Shown here: positions 7,200 to 16,808 of the stretch, piece after piece | Layout of the letters: each line of letters starts with the position of its first letter | Position numbering within the stretch: position 1 is the first letter of the stretch | Origin: Candidatus Thorarchaeota archaeon | GTDB lineage: Archaea > Asgardarchaeota > Thorarchaeia > Thorarchaeales > Thorarchaeaceae | Direction of reading: 5' to 3' | NCBI GenBank assembly: GCA_008080745.1 | Contig: SHMX01000004.1 | Location: 90,001 to 122,000 of the forward strand | Length of the DNA: 32,000 bases | Made by a program: the position numbers and the translations under genes | The notes under the pieces: model-generated | The model's input: only the letters and a program-made list of their open reading frames with translations | Databases searched by the model: none | What the model was told of the DNA's origin: nothing

Positions 7200-8360
7200 T
7201 TATCGGATACTTTTAGCTAGTAACTCAACAACATCCATGACTTCCATTCTACTATTGGTTAGCTTCTTACCTGATAGTAGATTATTTTCGCAAAAGGGAC
7301 ACGCAGTGGCAATGATGGTCGCTCCAGTTTCTTCGGCTTCCGAAATTCGACTTGCACCAATATTCTTTGAGAGATCAGGATCATATGATCGAAGGCCACC
7401 CCCTGCACCACAGCAGATTGCAGTTTCGCGAATGGTATCCATCTCCACAAATTTGACTCCCGGAATCGCTTTTAGAACTTCTCGTGGACTCTCATAAACT
7501 CCAAGTTCCCTTCCCATGTGACAAGGATCGTGATAAGTAACTTGAACTTCTTCTATCTTCTTTGGTCTTAGCTTTCCTTCTTTGATTAGTTCTTCTGCAT
7601 ATTCTAAGATGTGTAAGGTTTTAGGGAGTTTTACTCCAAATTTTTCTGGATAGTCCTTTCTGAGAGTCTTCAAACAACCTGCACAAGAAACAATTACTCT
7701 TTCAGCACCGGAATTTCTGATTATTTCCTCAACTTTCTCTGCGTTTGTCTTTGCGTCTTCTATCTTACCTGTTCTTATCATTACAGAACCACAGCATGGT
7801 TCATTATCCAGTACGGCAAAATCAATTCCTGCTGATTTTAGAATCTCTGAGGTGTATACTGCTGCATCGGGTAATCTCATTCCAGCAGTACAACCGACAT
7901 AGTAGAGGGTGTTACCTTTTGTTGGTACACTGTAACCTAAACCTTCAATCCATTTTCTCTTCTCAGTATTATCCTCAGAATATGGGTTATCATATTTGAT
8001 TATCTTCTCTACCAGATTATCTCTTACAACATTTGGAATATCGCTCAAGACTTGCCTAACCTGCTCCAAACTTTCTGCAGGATTGAATTCTGCAGCACAT
8101 ATTTGAGTGCAATTTCCGCAAAGTGTGCATTGGAAAAGAGACTCTGCATTTTCAGGGGTTTTTTCCAATTCGCCATCCAATAGTGCCAAGGCTACTTGGA
8201 TTTTACCTCTCATAAAACTAGTTTCAAATCCACTCGAATTCTTCCAGACCGGACAGATTCCGTCAAATCCCTTGTCTTCATAGACTGCATTTCTACATAT
8301 ACCACATCTTCTGCATTGTAGTAATTCTTCTCTTAGATAGTCTAAATCTATATCTGTCAC
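7200..8360 (-). CDS. (Fe-S)-binding oxidoreductase subunit, GlcF/HdrD-like with two CCG domains
   Basis: Two 4Fe-4S motifs (CRRCGIC...CP and CTLCGNCTQIC), CCGS and CCGAGGG, YHDPCH, ACPFC; GTG start. Confidence 0.92.
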   Translation of the reverse strand: MTDIDLDYLREELLQCRRCGICRNAVYEDKGFDGICPVWKNSSGFETSFMRGKIQVALALLDGELEKTPENAESLFQCTLCGNCTQICAAEFNPAESLEQVRQVLSDIPNVVRDNLVEKIIKYDNPYSEDNTEKRKWIEGLGYSVPTKGNTLYYVGCTAGMRLPDAAVYTSEILKSAGIDFAVLDNEPCCGSVMIRTGKIEDAKTNAEKVEEIIRNSGAERVIVSCAGCLKTLRKDYPEKFGVKLPKTLHILEYAEELIKEGKLRPKKIEEVQVTYHDPCHMGRELGVYESPREVLKAIPGVKFVEMDTIRETAICCGAGGGLRSYDPDLSKNIGASRISEAEETGATIIATACPFCENNLLSGKKLTNSRMEVMDVVELLAKSIR

Positions 8361-8361
8361 C

Positions 8362-9768
8362 TTAGAGACCTCCTAATACTCCCGGATTCATGATTCCATT
8401 TGGATCAAGTGTTTGTTTGATTGCTTTAATGAAATTCAAATAATCTTTCATTTCTTCCACTCCTTCTACCCAATATGGTGCCAATTTGAAAGGGACAGCA
8501 CCTGTTTTGAATAATCGTTTGGATAGTTCAACATGAGCTTCTTTCACTTTTTCCTCCTCTTCTTTATCTGTAGGATCAAAATAGAGATGTGGATAGAAGT
8601 TATAGCTGGAATGACCAGTTTGGAATCCTGCAGTATGTCCCAGAAGTCCATATTCATCCATTACCTCCCAGATTACTTTGACGGAAGCATGCCAATTAGA
8701 GGGTGTTTGATGATGATACAGAATACGCCAGTGCCATCCATGTGCATAAGAAGAACGGGCAAAAGTGCGCATTCTATCATCCCATTCTCCCTGGGGTAAT
8801 TGACGAATTCCAATAACATGACCTCCATGACTCTCACATAGTTTTGCCGCCAAAGCAACATCAGATGTGAGTTGGTCTTCTCTCATTCTCCCAATAGTAA
8901 TGGAAACTGTAAAATCTGGCCAATCATGTTCTGGTATCTCATATTCTTCCCCAAGCATATCCATGAAGAAGTTGAGGATTCTCCCCTCATAAATAGAGGC
9001 AAAGACAGCGTTGATATCATTCTGTTTTAGTGAAATGAGAAACTTCTCTGCCTGCTCAGCTGTTTCAAAACCATATGTTTCATAGTGAAATTGACGCATT
9101 CTCTTTGTGACTTTTACAGATACATTTGTTATGATGCCGAGGCTCCCAAGAGACCCTATGAATAGACCTGTAATATCGGGTCCAAATGCATATCGGAGAA
9201 ATGGTCCAGGAACGTGTGGACTGGCCTCTGTCCCAGTTTGGATTACGGTTCCATCCGGAAGAACCACTTCAAGACCAAGAACAAGTTCGGCAATACAACC
9301 CTCCGTTGACGACCCGGGTCCAGCACCATTTACTGCGACATTACCTGCAATTGTGCAAACAAGTGATGATTCCGGATATACTGGCAACCACAAATCATGT
9401 TTATTGAGGAACTTATCCAGCATACCAAAGGTTACTCCCGCTCCAACCTTTACCGATCTAAGGTCTTCATACAGAGTGACATCTGCTAATCGCATAAGTT
9501 CGACGACAAGACTTCCTTCTTTGGGAATAACTTCACCTTGAAGACTAGATCCACCAGACCTAGCTATGACGGGAATTTTGTATTCATTAGCTATTTTGAG
9601 AATCCGTGATATTTCTTCAGTGTTTCCTGGTCTAACTACAGCATCTGGTTTGATCGAATCATATCCTGTTGATGCGGAAGAGGAATATGCAAGTAGTACA
9701 TCTGGGCGGGTGGATACATATTTCTCGCCAATTATTTCCACTAATTTTGTAATAATCTTGCTATCCAT
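8362..9768 (-). CDS. FAD-binding oxidoreductase, GlcD/D-lactate dehydrogenase (VAO/PCMH) family
   Basis: GGSSLQG, PESS...TIAGNVAVNGAG, GSLGSLGIIT and DPNGIMNPG. Start placed at ATG 9768 (MDSK) because GGAGGT precedes it; the track start is 9792. Confidence 0.9.
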   Translation of the reverse strand: MDSKIITKLVEIIGEKYVSTRPDVLLAYSSSASTGYDSIKPDAVVRPGNTEEISRILKIANEYKIPVIARSGGSSLQGEVIPKEGSLVVELMRLADVTLYEDLRSVKVGAGVTFGMLDKFLNKHDLWLPVYPESSLVCTIAGNVAVNGAGPGSSTEGCIAELVLGLEVVLPDGTVIQTGTEASPHVPGPFLRYAFGPDITGLFIGSLGSLGIITNVSVKVTKRMRQFHYETYGFETAEQAEKFLISLKQNDINAVFASIYEGRILNFFMDMLGEEYEIPEHDWPDFTVSITIGRMREDQLTSDVALAAKLCESHGGHVIGIRQLPQGEWDDRMRTFARSSYAHGWHWRILYHHQTPSNWHASVKVIWEVMDEYGLLGHTAGFQTGHSSYNFYPHLYFDPTDKEEEEKVKEAHVELSKRLFKTGAVPFKLAPYWVEGVEEMKDYLNFIKAIKQTLDPNGIMNPGVLGGL

Positions 9769-9792
9769 TTGATTACCTCCGAATAATTCCAT

Positions 9793-10119
9793 CTAGAAGA
9801 TATGACGGATTTTCATCAGATCGCTCGCTGATCCCTTCACTTTCAATTTTCGTCGAAGTAAAGCTGAAGCTGCACTCATCTCTTCAAGGAATAGCTTTCT
9901 GATAGTTTGACTGTCGCTTTCAATCCGCATATCTGGATTATCTATTTCGCCCTCATCAACAGTAATTGTATTATCTGCTACAGTAAAATGGTAAACTCCA
10001 CCATCTTTGAGAGTGAGCAGGGCTTTCCTTTCCCAACCCTCAATTGCATCCTTGGTTTCGTCTCTTTCGAGACCAATAGCAATTCTTTCTCTCATTAATT
10101 CAAGAAGTTCTTGGCTCAT
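9793..10119 (-). CDS. SCP2 sterol/lipid-binding domain protein
   Basis: ITVDEGEIDNPDMRIESD...ALLRRKLKVKGSASDLMK is the SCP2 signature; GGTGA SD 7 nt before the ATG. Confidence 0.88.
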   Translation of the reverse strand: MSQELLELMRERIAIGLERDETKDAIEGWERKALLTLKDGGVYHFTVADNTITVDEGEIDNPDMRIESDSQTIRKLFLEEMSAASALLRRKLKVKGSASDLMKIRHIF

Positions 10120-10291
10120 ATTTATGTCACCTTGTGAATGTGTGGCCTCGCATTGCCAGTTTTAGTTGTTTTCATATGAACGGGAACTATTTCGACATTT
10201 GCCGAACTATTTGGTGATTTCCAGTTATTTTCCTCCTCTGAACCAATAATAACAGTGATAAGAAGATACTATCTTTCCCACATTGAGTTCA

Positions 10292-10837
10292 ATGTCCGAA
10301 CAGGAAAAACCAGAAGAACGCATCGATGAGCTTGAATTCGAGAAGGCCGAATGGACACGCACTGATGATCTGAAGGAATCTATCCATATGTTCATTTCAC
10401 ATCATCCTCCATCATTATTTGGCCATTGTTTACGGGTACGGGTTTTAGGCAGATCGATTTATTTCTGTGGCCGTTGTACTGGTATCTATGGTGGCTTAGC
10501 GATTGGGATTGTTACATTGGCATTATTAGATTTCTCTCTAACTCCTGATTGGTTTTGGTTTCTTGTATCATTAGTCTTTGGGCATGCCACTGTGGTCGAT
10601 TGGATGAGTCAGAGATTAACTCCGCGAAAGACCACAAATCTAGTTAGGGCAAGTACGGGCTTTCTTAGTGGATTAGGTCTCGCAATAGTTTTCTTACTCG
10701 CAAATCTTTTCTTTATGCTTACTGCATTGGCTGTTATGACTGCCTCAATTGGTATTGTGAGTATACTTGAGGCTCAGATAAACAAAAAATCTCAGTCCAC
10801 AGAAACTAAGAACCTCGAAACCAAACCTGCAGAATAG
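10292..10837 (+). CDS. DUF2085-family membrane protein
   Basis: SHH...HC...FCGRCTGIYGG motif followed by four TM segments. ATG 10292 preferred; TTG 10283 is in frame. Confidence 0.75.
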   Translation: MSEQEKPEERIDELEFEKAEWTRTDDLKESIHMFISHHPPSLFGHCLRVRVLGRSIYFCGRCTGIYGGLAIGIVTLALLDFSLTPDWFWFLVSLVFGHATVVDWMSQRLTPRKTTNLVRASTGFLSGLGLAIVFLLANLFFMLTALAVMTASIGIVSILEAQINKKSQSTETKNLETKPAE

Positions 10838-10900
10838 ATCGATATTTACCCAAGCCAAAATGTTTTATCCTCTAGCTAGTCGGAAAACATGTGAATTGCA

Positions 10901-12040
10901 TTGATATATGTAGCAAAACCAATAATCGAGTCTGAAGAGATTGCTGCAGTAGAAGAGGTACTCAAAACAGGAATGCTTGCTGAGGGTAAAATCAGTAGAG
11001 CTTTTGAGAAGCAGTTCTCTGATTATACCGGTGTGAAATTCTCTACGGTAACAAGCAATGGAACAACTGCTTTACATACTGCTCTTGAGGCCATGGATAT
11101 CAAGCCCGGTGACGAAATAATCACATCTCCATTCACTTTCATTGCATCTGCAAATACCATTGCTATGATTGGAGCTGTTCCAGTTTTTGTTGATATTGAT
11201 CCTGAAACCTATAATATAGATCCTTCATTGATTGAGAAGGCAATAAATGAGAAGACCAAGGCAATCATGCCGATACATATCTTCGGTATGCCTGCGGATA
11301 TGAAACAAATTATGGAGATTGCTGAGAAACACGATTTACTTGTGATTGAAGACGCCTGCCAAGCACATGGGGCGGAGATTGATGGCAAGAAAGTTGGTTC
11401 ATTTGGCGATGCAGCAGCTTTCTCCTTCTATGCTACAAAAAACATGATGACTGGGGAAGGAGGGATGATATCCACTAATAATGAGGAAATTTACGATAAT
11501 GCAATGATGATCAAGAACCATGGTCGAGGTAAGAAGGGTGGTTATAGTCATTTTCGAATAGGTTATAATTTCCGTATGTTAGATATGGTATCAGCGCTCG
11601 GAATAGTACAGTTGAAACGGTTGCCTAATGTTGTTAAAGCGCAAAGAAAGAATGCCTCCGAGTTTACAAAAATAGTAGATGATATTGAAGATCTTATACC
11701 GCAGAAAGAACTTGATGGAATGAAGTCTGCATATCATGTTTATGCTCCAATTCTAACATCGGATAGAATGACAAGGGATCGGATATTAGAAAAATTCAGA
11801 GAGCATAATATCGGTGCTAGGAGTGTTTATGCACTACCTTGTCACAAACAGGATACCTATCTGAATATATCTGATTGGAGATGGGCTGAATTTGTGCACT
11901 ATCCCGACTACTCAAAGCTTAATCTTCCACACTCTGAGCGGATTGGGGACCTTCATTTCCAAATTCCTTCTCATGCGAGTATTACTGATGGAGAACGTGA
12001 TCAGATCATCTCTGCAATTTATGATATCTTTCAGGTCTAA
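10901..12040 (+). CDS. DegT/DnrJ/EryC1/StrS family PLP-dependent sugar aminotransferase
   Basis: SNGTTALH, FTFIASAN, IEDACQAHG, SFYATKNMMTGEGG (PLP lysine) and GYNFRM. Confidence 0.95.
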   Translation: MIYVAKPIIESEEIAAVEEVLKTGMLAEGKISRAFEKQFSDYTGVKFSTVTSNGTTALHTALEAMDIKPGDEIITSPFTFIASANTIAMIGAVPVFVDIDPETYNIDPSLIEKAINEKTKAIMPIHIFGMPADMKQIMEIAEKHDLLVIEDACQAHGAEIDGKKVGSFGDAAAFSFYATKNMMTGEGGMISTNNEEIYDNAMMIKNHGRGKKGGYSHFRIGYNFRMLDMVSALGIVQLKRLPNVVKAQRKNASEFTKIVDDIEDLIPQKELDGMKSAYHVYAPILTSDRMTRDRILEKFREHNIGARSVYALPCHKQDTYLNISDWRWAEFVHYPDYSKLNLPHSERIGDLHFQIPSHASITDGERDQIISAIYDIFQV

Positions 12041-12685
12041 TCAAGAGAAATACTCCAAGATATCCCTGAGGTCCTTTGAGCGAACGGTTACATCTGCTGC
12101 TTCGCTCACCATTTCACTCTCGGGATTAAATGCAATACTGAATCCTGCAAAGTGAAACAAGTCAATATCATTTTCTCCATCACCAATACATGCAAAATGG
12201 TCTTTTTGTAATTGCATCTTCTCTAGATACTCTCTTGCTCTTTCTACTTTCTGAGGTCCTCCCATCACATACTGAACCTCACCATCGTGCTTTCCATCAT
12301 CTTCTCCTAAGACATTAGAGTACGCAAAATGCAATCCAAGCCGTTTTTTGAAAGGTTTTAGAAAGAATTGACTAACTCCACTAGATATGCATCCGACAAC
12401 ATATCCACGATTTAGTAACTCATGGATTGTTTCTTCAGCTCCAGACATAAGTGGTAACGATTCAATTAAAGAATCAAGAGTTCCATCAACTGGTATTCCT
12501 CTCCAAATCTTTGATCCTTCAATAATTGACTCTGTTAGGCTAAGCTTCTTTATCTGGTTCTCTTTCATTATTCTAAGGAATTTCTCCCCTAGGCCTAATG
12601 CGTGTGCAACAGGAAATGCAGCGCTCGGTCCGTCGAATAATACTCCATCAAGGTCGAAAGCAATTATTTTAATTTCATTTTGCAA
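12041..12685 (-). CDS. HAD-IB family phosphatase, phosphoserine phosphatase-like
   Basis: Motif I FDLDGVL, motif II ISSG, motif III Lys (PQKVE), motif IV GDGENDI. Substrate not determinable from sequence. Confidence 0.85.
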   Translation of the reverse strand: MQNEIKIIAFDLDGVLFDGPSAAFPVAHALGLGEKFLRIMKENQIKKLSLTESIIEGSKIWRGIPVDGTLDSLIESLPLMSGAEETIHELLNRGYVVGCISSGVSQFFLKPFKKRLGLHFAYSNVLGEDDGKHDGEVQYVMGGPQKVERAREYLEKMQLQKDHFACIGDGENDIDLFHFAGFSIAFNPESEMVSEAADVTVRSKDLRDILEYFS

Positions 12686-12775
12686 ATTTCAAAACTCCTG
12701 AAACTGTACCAGTTATCGATATACAGCAGGCGAAACAATATTATCCGTTTTGGAATATACAATAATGATTCTGCC

Positions 12776-13933
12776 ATGAATGTCATCCTTAAGAAAAAAC
12801 AAAAATTTGGCTCCATCAACCTAGTTAAAAAGAGATTTCAGCAAGATCGAAAGGAGCGGGATTTATCCTTTGATGTTGGTAAAATGCCTCGGGATATTTT
12901 GGAACGCATGTTAGTTGTGTGTGGTAGGGTCGGCAGTAAAAATATTGAAATTTACAGACAAAAGGCAAAAGAAATTGGTGCTAGTTTTGTAGAAGATGAT
13001 TCGGGATCATGGGTATTTACTCATAGGAAAATTCGGGATAGCTACGATCCAGGATATCATGAGGGTGTACTTCTCATTGGAACTGCAAAAGAACTTCCAT
13101 CTACCCGAGTTGGTTATCAAGACTCCTACGCTTTTACTGATTGGTTTCTACAAGATATTGAGGGCGATGGATTTCCCGATATCCCCGTTGGAAGAGTTTA
13201 CGGGCCTCCTCAGACGGTTTTATACCACATGGACCCTACAATAATTGATAGTGATATTGCAATTGTTTTCGACTCGGAACCTGGACGTTCAATGCGTCAC
13301 GTAGAGGGTCTCGCATCCTTGGGTTTTGATGTTGAGATTTTAGAACGCTTCCACGAAGACGACAACGAACTAATGGCAGCGAGTGAATTCATCTTACAAT
13401 TTTCTGATGGTATGTATACTCGTAGAATTCATGGGACACCTGATAGATGGGCATCACATAATTCTGTAATTTTGTCACATACCCAAGCTGAGAGTATTCC
13501 GTTCAAAGGGTATCCTGTGATATTTTCTGAAGCTTGCAGCACCGCACAAGAAGGGCCTTTGTTGAGTGCATTCCTCAATGGGGGTGCTTGCTATATTGGC
13601 TCAACACTTGATACTATGAACAATATAGAAGAGTATGAAGATTGGCGAGATTGCCCCTATGCAGATGGCTGGAAATTCGGTTTTCTAGACCTTCTTGATT
13701 CCTATAGCTTGATTGGTCAGGTAAAGACACAGGTTGATAGAGAACTCTACGAACGATTGCCACTAGAGATACAACAACAGATTGAATCTATTAGAATGAG
13801 CGAATCTCATCAGATTAATGATGATAAAGCACTAAGTCTCGTGGAGTGGGTTCTTTATGGGAATCCACTACGTAGAACTACAGTTGGTCCTGATGCGGAT
13901 TACACACCTGGAAGACTTCTTGTCGATACTTAG
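12776..13933 (+). CDS. Peptidase C25 (gingipain)-like cysteine peptidase without signal peptide
   Basis: VLLIGT...LPS...TDWFLQDIEGDGFPDIPVGRV matches the C25 N-subdomain; IHG and SEACST are candidate catalytic His and Cys. ATG 12776 chosen because the track start (12680) overlaps the divergent HAD gene start. Confidence 0.7.
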   Translation: MNVILKKKQKFGSINLVKKRFQQDRKERDLSFDVGKMPRDILERMLVVCGRVGSKNIEIYRQKAKEIGASFVEDDSGSWVFTHRKIRDSYDPGYHEGVLLIGTAKELPSTRVGYQDSYAFTDWFLQDIEGDGFPDIPVGRVYGPPQTVLYHMDPTIIDSDIAIVFDSEPGRSMRHVEGLASLGFDVEILERFHEDDNELMAASEFILQFSDGMYTRRIHGTPDRWASHNSVILSHTQAESIPFKGYPVIFSEACSTAQEGPLLSAFLNGGACYIGSTLDTMNNIEEYEDWRDCPYADGWKFGFLDLLDSYSLIGQVKTQVDRELYERLPLEIQQQIESIRMSESHQINDDKALSLVEWVLYGNPLRRTTVGPDADYTPGRLLVDT

Positions 13934-14358
13934 TTAATAATCAGCTTACGTTCCTGATGAAATGACCTCTCGCCTATAATACCGCCGATAAACCCTCCTA
14001 CAAGGGATAAGAAACCCATAATGGATGCGGCAAGTAGAAGGGAAATAAGATCTACAGAATCCCCAATAATGATCTGTGTAATAGTAAACAGAGGAATGTA
14101 TGCAGTAATTGCGCTAATAAATGAGATAATCGATCCATTCTTTCTTGAGGCTAAAAAAAACCCTCCTACTAATCCAGTGAAGATTGGTGTGAAATAGAAG
14201 AGTAAAAAGAACAATCCTAAATTTAGTAGAATAAGAGCTCCAATCATGGCGATGAATTTTATCTTTCCAATATTTGTTCCAGTATCGTTACCTATCATGA
14301 CCTTCAATTTCATTCGTTCTATGTTGGATATAATGATGTCGTTAGTTAAACCCTTCAA
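13930..14358 (-). CDS. Small Gly-rich membrane protein, DUF5518-like
   Basis: Four hydrophobic segments with PIFTGLVGGFF and LVGGFIGGIIG. True start may be ATG 14316 or 14298. Confidence 0.6.
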   Translation of the reverse strand: MKGLTNDIIISNIERMKLKVMIGNDTGTNIGKIKFIAMIGALILLNLGLFFLLFYFTPIFTGLVGGFFLASRKNGSIISFISAITAYIPLFTITQIIIGDSVDLISLLLAASIMGFLSLVGGFIGGIIGERSFHQERKLIIN

Positions 14359-14450
14359 TCTCCATAGTATTCATATACCATTATACTACTCTATATTCTA
14401 CCGCTTACCACGTTATGAATAACGTAGAAGTGGATGAGAGGCGAAAAGTT

Positions 14451-14570
14451 GTGTCTGAAGATAAAGAGTCAATGACTGATAAGCTCAAGAGAGCTTTTAG
14501 TATTAAGGTTTCAAAACCTAAGAATCCTTTCAAAGGCAACCCCTACAAAAAGGGCGAAGAGGAAGAATAA
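14451..14570 (+). CDS. Candidate small protein (39 aa from GTG 14451, or 51 aa from ATG 14415), absent from the ORF track
   Basis: MSEDKESMTDKLKRAFSIKVSKPKNPFKGNPYKKGEEEE*; purine-rich coding-like composition; GAGAGG upstream; fills an otherwise empty intergenic gap and is followed by a hairpin. Confidence 0.5.
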   Translation: MSEDKESMTDKLKRAFSIKVSKPKNPFKGNPYKKGEEEE

Positions 14571-14579
14571 CACTTCATT

Positions 14580-14638
14580 ATGCCTGTATCACAACAGGCA
14601 TTATTCTCTTTTCTGTCATCTAGATTGTGTTCTAGATG
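14580..14638. promoter_or_regulatory. Two consecutive 8-6-8 inverted repeats; the second includes the alkA ATG
   Basis: ATGCCTGT-atcaca-ACAGGCAT (14580-14601) and CATCTAGA-ttgtgt-TCTAGATG (14617-14638). Confidence 0.4.
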
Positions 14639-15541
14639 AAATTATGTCTATCGCCTCCAAATAACTACGATTTACTTTCTTCAATACACGCATGGATTTA
14701 TCCTGACGTTCAACCAGCTCCAGAGAAAACAGGACCTGATTGGTTTGGACGGGTAATTACAATAGAAAAGACTCAGATTCCCATTTTCATCAGTCAAAAA
14801 ACCCCTGGGTCAAATCTTGATATCTTCTATTCGGAAACGTCAATCTCAAAGGAATTGATTGAAAATAAAATCAACCAGATTCTATCACTTAAGGTTGATA
14901 TTTCCCCTGCAATTAAGGTGATAGAGAGGGATTCACAATTATCGGAGTTTGTAGACAAAATATCAGGAATTCGTCCTTATCTATCAGATTCATTATTTGA
15001 GGCTCTAATCAAATCAATTATTCAACAACAGGTTTCTTATCGAGCAGCAAATGTTCTAACGAAACGAATGATAGAACACTTGGTATCACCTTTGAATATC
15101 AGAGGACAAGCAGTATTTGCATTCCCCACCAGCAGCCAGCTTATAGAAATGGGTGAGCAAGGACTACGTAAAATTGGTATGGGATTCAAATCAGAGTATA
15201 TTATGGAGGTATGTAATTTGATCGAGTCCAAAGAGCTTTTTTTGGAACCTCTCATGTTAATGTCATCAAAATCTGTTCATAAAACGCTAACACCGATCAG
15301 AGGCATTGGAGAATGGACTGTGCACGCTCTTCAGATTGCTGGAATCGGTGATTTCTCAGTCTTTCCTTATGGGGATTTAGGTATTCAAAATCTTTTAGGA
15401 CGAATATACAATGATGGCAAACGGATAAAAAAGAAGCAAGTATTAGAGTATTCCGCAAAGTGGGGTGAAGCCGGACCAATGGTGCTATATTTCCTTATGT
15501 GCGCAGATGTATTAGGCTTTCTTGGAGAAATCTCCCGGTAG
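14636..15541 (+). CDS. alkA: DNA-3-methyladenine glycosylase, AlkA/HhH-GPD family
   Basis: FEALIKSIIQQQVS, AFPT, HhH motif IRGIGEWT and FPYGDLG (catalytic Asp). Confidence 0.9.
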   Translation: MKLCLSPPNNYDLLSSIHAWIYPDVQPAPEKTGPDWFGRVITIEKTQIPIFISQKTPGSNLDIFYSETSISKELIENKINQILSLKVDISPAIKVIERDSQLSEFVDKISGIRPYLSDSLFEALIKSIIQQQVSYRAANVLTKRMIEHLVSPLNIRGQAVFAFPTSSQLIEMGEQGLRKIGMGFKSEYIMEVCNLIESKELFLEPLMLMSSKSVHKTLTPIRGIGEWTVHALQIAGIGDFSVFPYGDLGIQNLLGRIYNDGKRIKKKQVLEYSAKWGEAGPMVLYFLMCADVLGFLGEISR

Positions 15542-15587
15542 AAAAGGAATAAAAGAACACAATTCAAATCAAAATCAGTAGCTGGAA

Positions 15588-16751
15588 GTGAATCAATTGT
15601 CGAAATCTACTAAGAAAAACTCGAAACTCTGGAGAATCTACTCCATGTTTCTAAAAGAGCTTAGATTGATTTCGAATGACAAATTCGCTCTACTCTTAGT
15701 CTTCGTCCTTCCAGGAATGATTATGGGGACTATGTATGTTGCTATCAACCAAGGCCAAGCGTTCACTCCAGTTGACGATTCAGGAAAATCAGATGATGCA
15801 CTAATTCTTGGACTTGTCGATAACGATGTCACTGACACTTTTCCTGGAGAGGACCTATCTGCGAATTTTACATGGTATCTACAGAATAGTCCTAATTTCA
15901 TAGTAATAATGTATGAAAATGAAGACTCTGCGCGTGATGCTCTATATATGGATGTCGTAAATGCATATGCCATAATTCCCTACGGTTTTGAAGGTAACAT
16001 TACTGGAGACATTCCAGCTTTTGTTGATGTGCATATTAGTAGTACCGATTTCGAGAGTCAAGCCGATGTTTTCTCATACTTCAGTGAAGTTGTTCAAGAG
16101 TTTCGATACGATCATGGATGGATAAAGGGAGAAATTGCCACCGAACAAGTTAGAGAGTTCGAACCTACTGGGAATTATACTGCTGCAACTTTTGGTGTCT
16201 TTATGCTGGTGTTTGCTGTCTTCATCGCAACATCTGCAACAGCAGCTCAGGCTATTGTAGGTGATATTCCACTAAATAGAATGCTTCTCACCCCGGCCAC
16301 AAAGATGGAGGCAATATTATCAAAGACCGCTGCCTATTTTATTGTAGGTATGATTCAGACTCAGTTCCTTCTACTGCTATGGATGGGTCTATTCCAGATT
16401 GTGCCAAATACTGATTATTTGACACTGAATGCAATACTTGGATTGATGTCTATTTCAGGTTCCGCTCTTGGAGTCGTGATATCTACTCTGGTGACTACTC
16501 GTCTACAAGCGAATCAATCATTTCTCTTTCTTTTATTTGGATCAGTTATTTTCGGAACTGGTTTCGTACCCGTTGGAATAATCGATGAGATTTTTCCTCT
16601 GAATCTTGGAAGAAAAATGATTATAGATTGTGCATTCAAAGGAATTCTTCTTAGTGATTTCCTTTGGGAAATTGGTATTATTGGCGGGTTTTCTCTAACT
16701 CTAATTCTTTTTGCTTGGATGATATTCTCAAAACGACAAAGTCTGGCATAG
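15588..16751 (+). CDS. ABC-2 type transporter permease
   Basis: N-terminal TM, soluble loop, then five TMs; LNRMLLTPATKMEAILSK is the ABC-2 motif. No ATPase gene adjacent. Confidence 0.88.
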   Translation: MNQLSKSTKKNSKLWRIYSMFLKELRLISNDKFALLLVFVLPGMIMGTMYVAINQGQAFTPVDDSGKSDDALILGLVDNDVTDTFPGEDLSANFTWYLQNSPNFIVIMYENEDSARDALYMDVVNAYAIIPYGFEGNITGDIPAFVDVHISSTDFESQADVFSYFSEVVQEFRYDHGWIKGEIATEQVREFEPTGNYTAATFGVFMLVFAVFIATSATAAQAIVGDIPLNRMLLTPATKMEAILSKTAAYFIVGMIQTQFLLLLWMGLFQIVPNTDYLTLNAILGLMSISGSALGVVISTLVTTRLQANQSFLFLLFGSVIFGTGFVPVGIIDEIFPLNLGRKMIIDCAFKGILLSDFLWEIGIIGGFSLTLILFAWMIFSKRQSLA

Positions 16752-16808
16752 TCACAATCTGCAAGTGTAATAGTCTTAAGGAATGGTTGCATAGTCAAAA
16801 GCAATTCA

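Noticed and set aside
8362-9768. Alkyl-DHAP synthase (ether-lipid) assignment for the FAD oxidase
   Set aside because: The C-terminal HHH motif of that family is absent.
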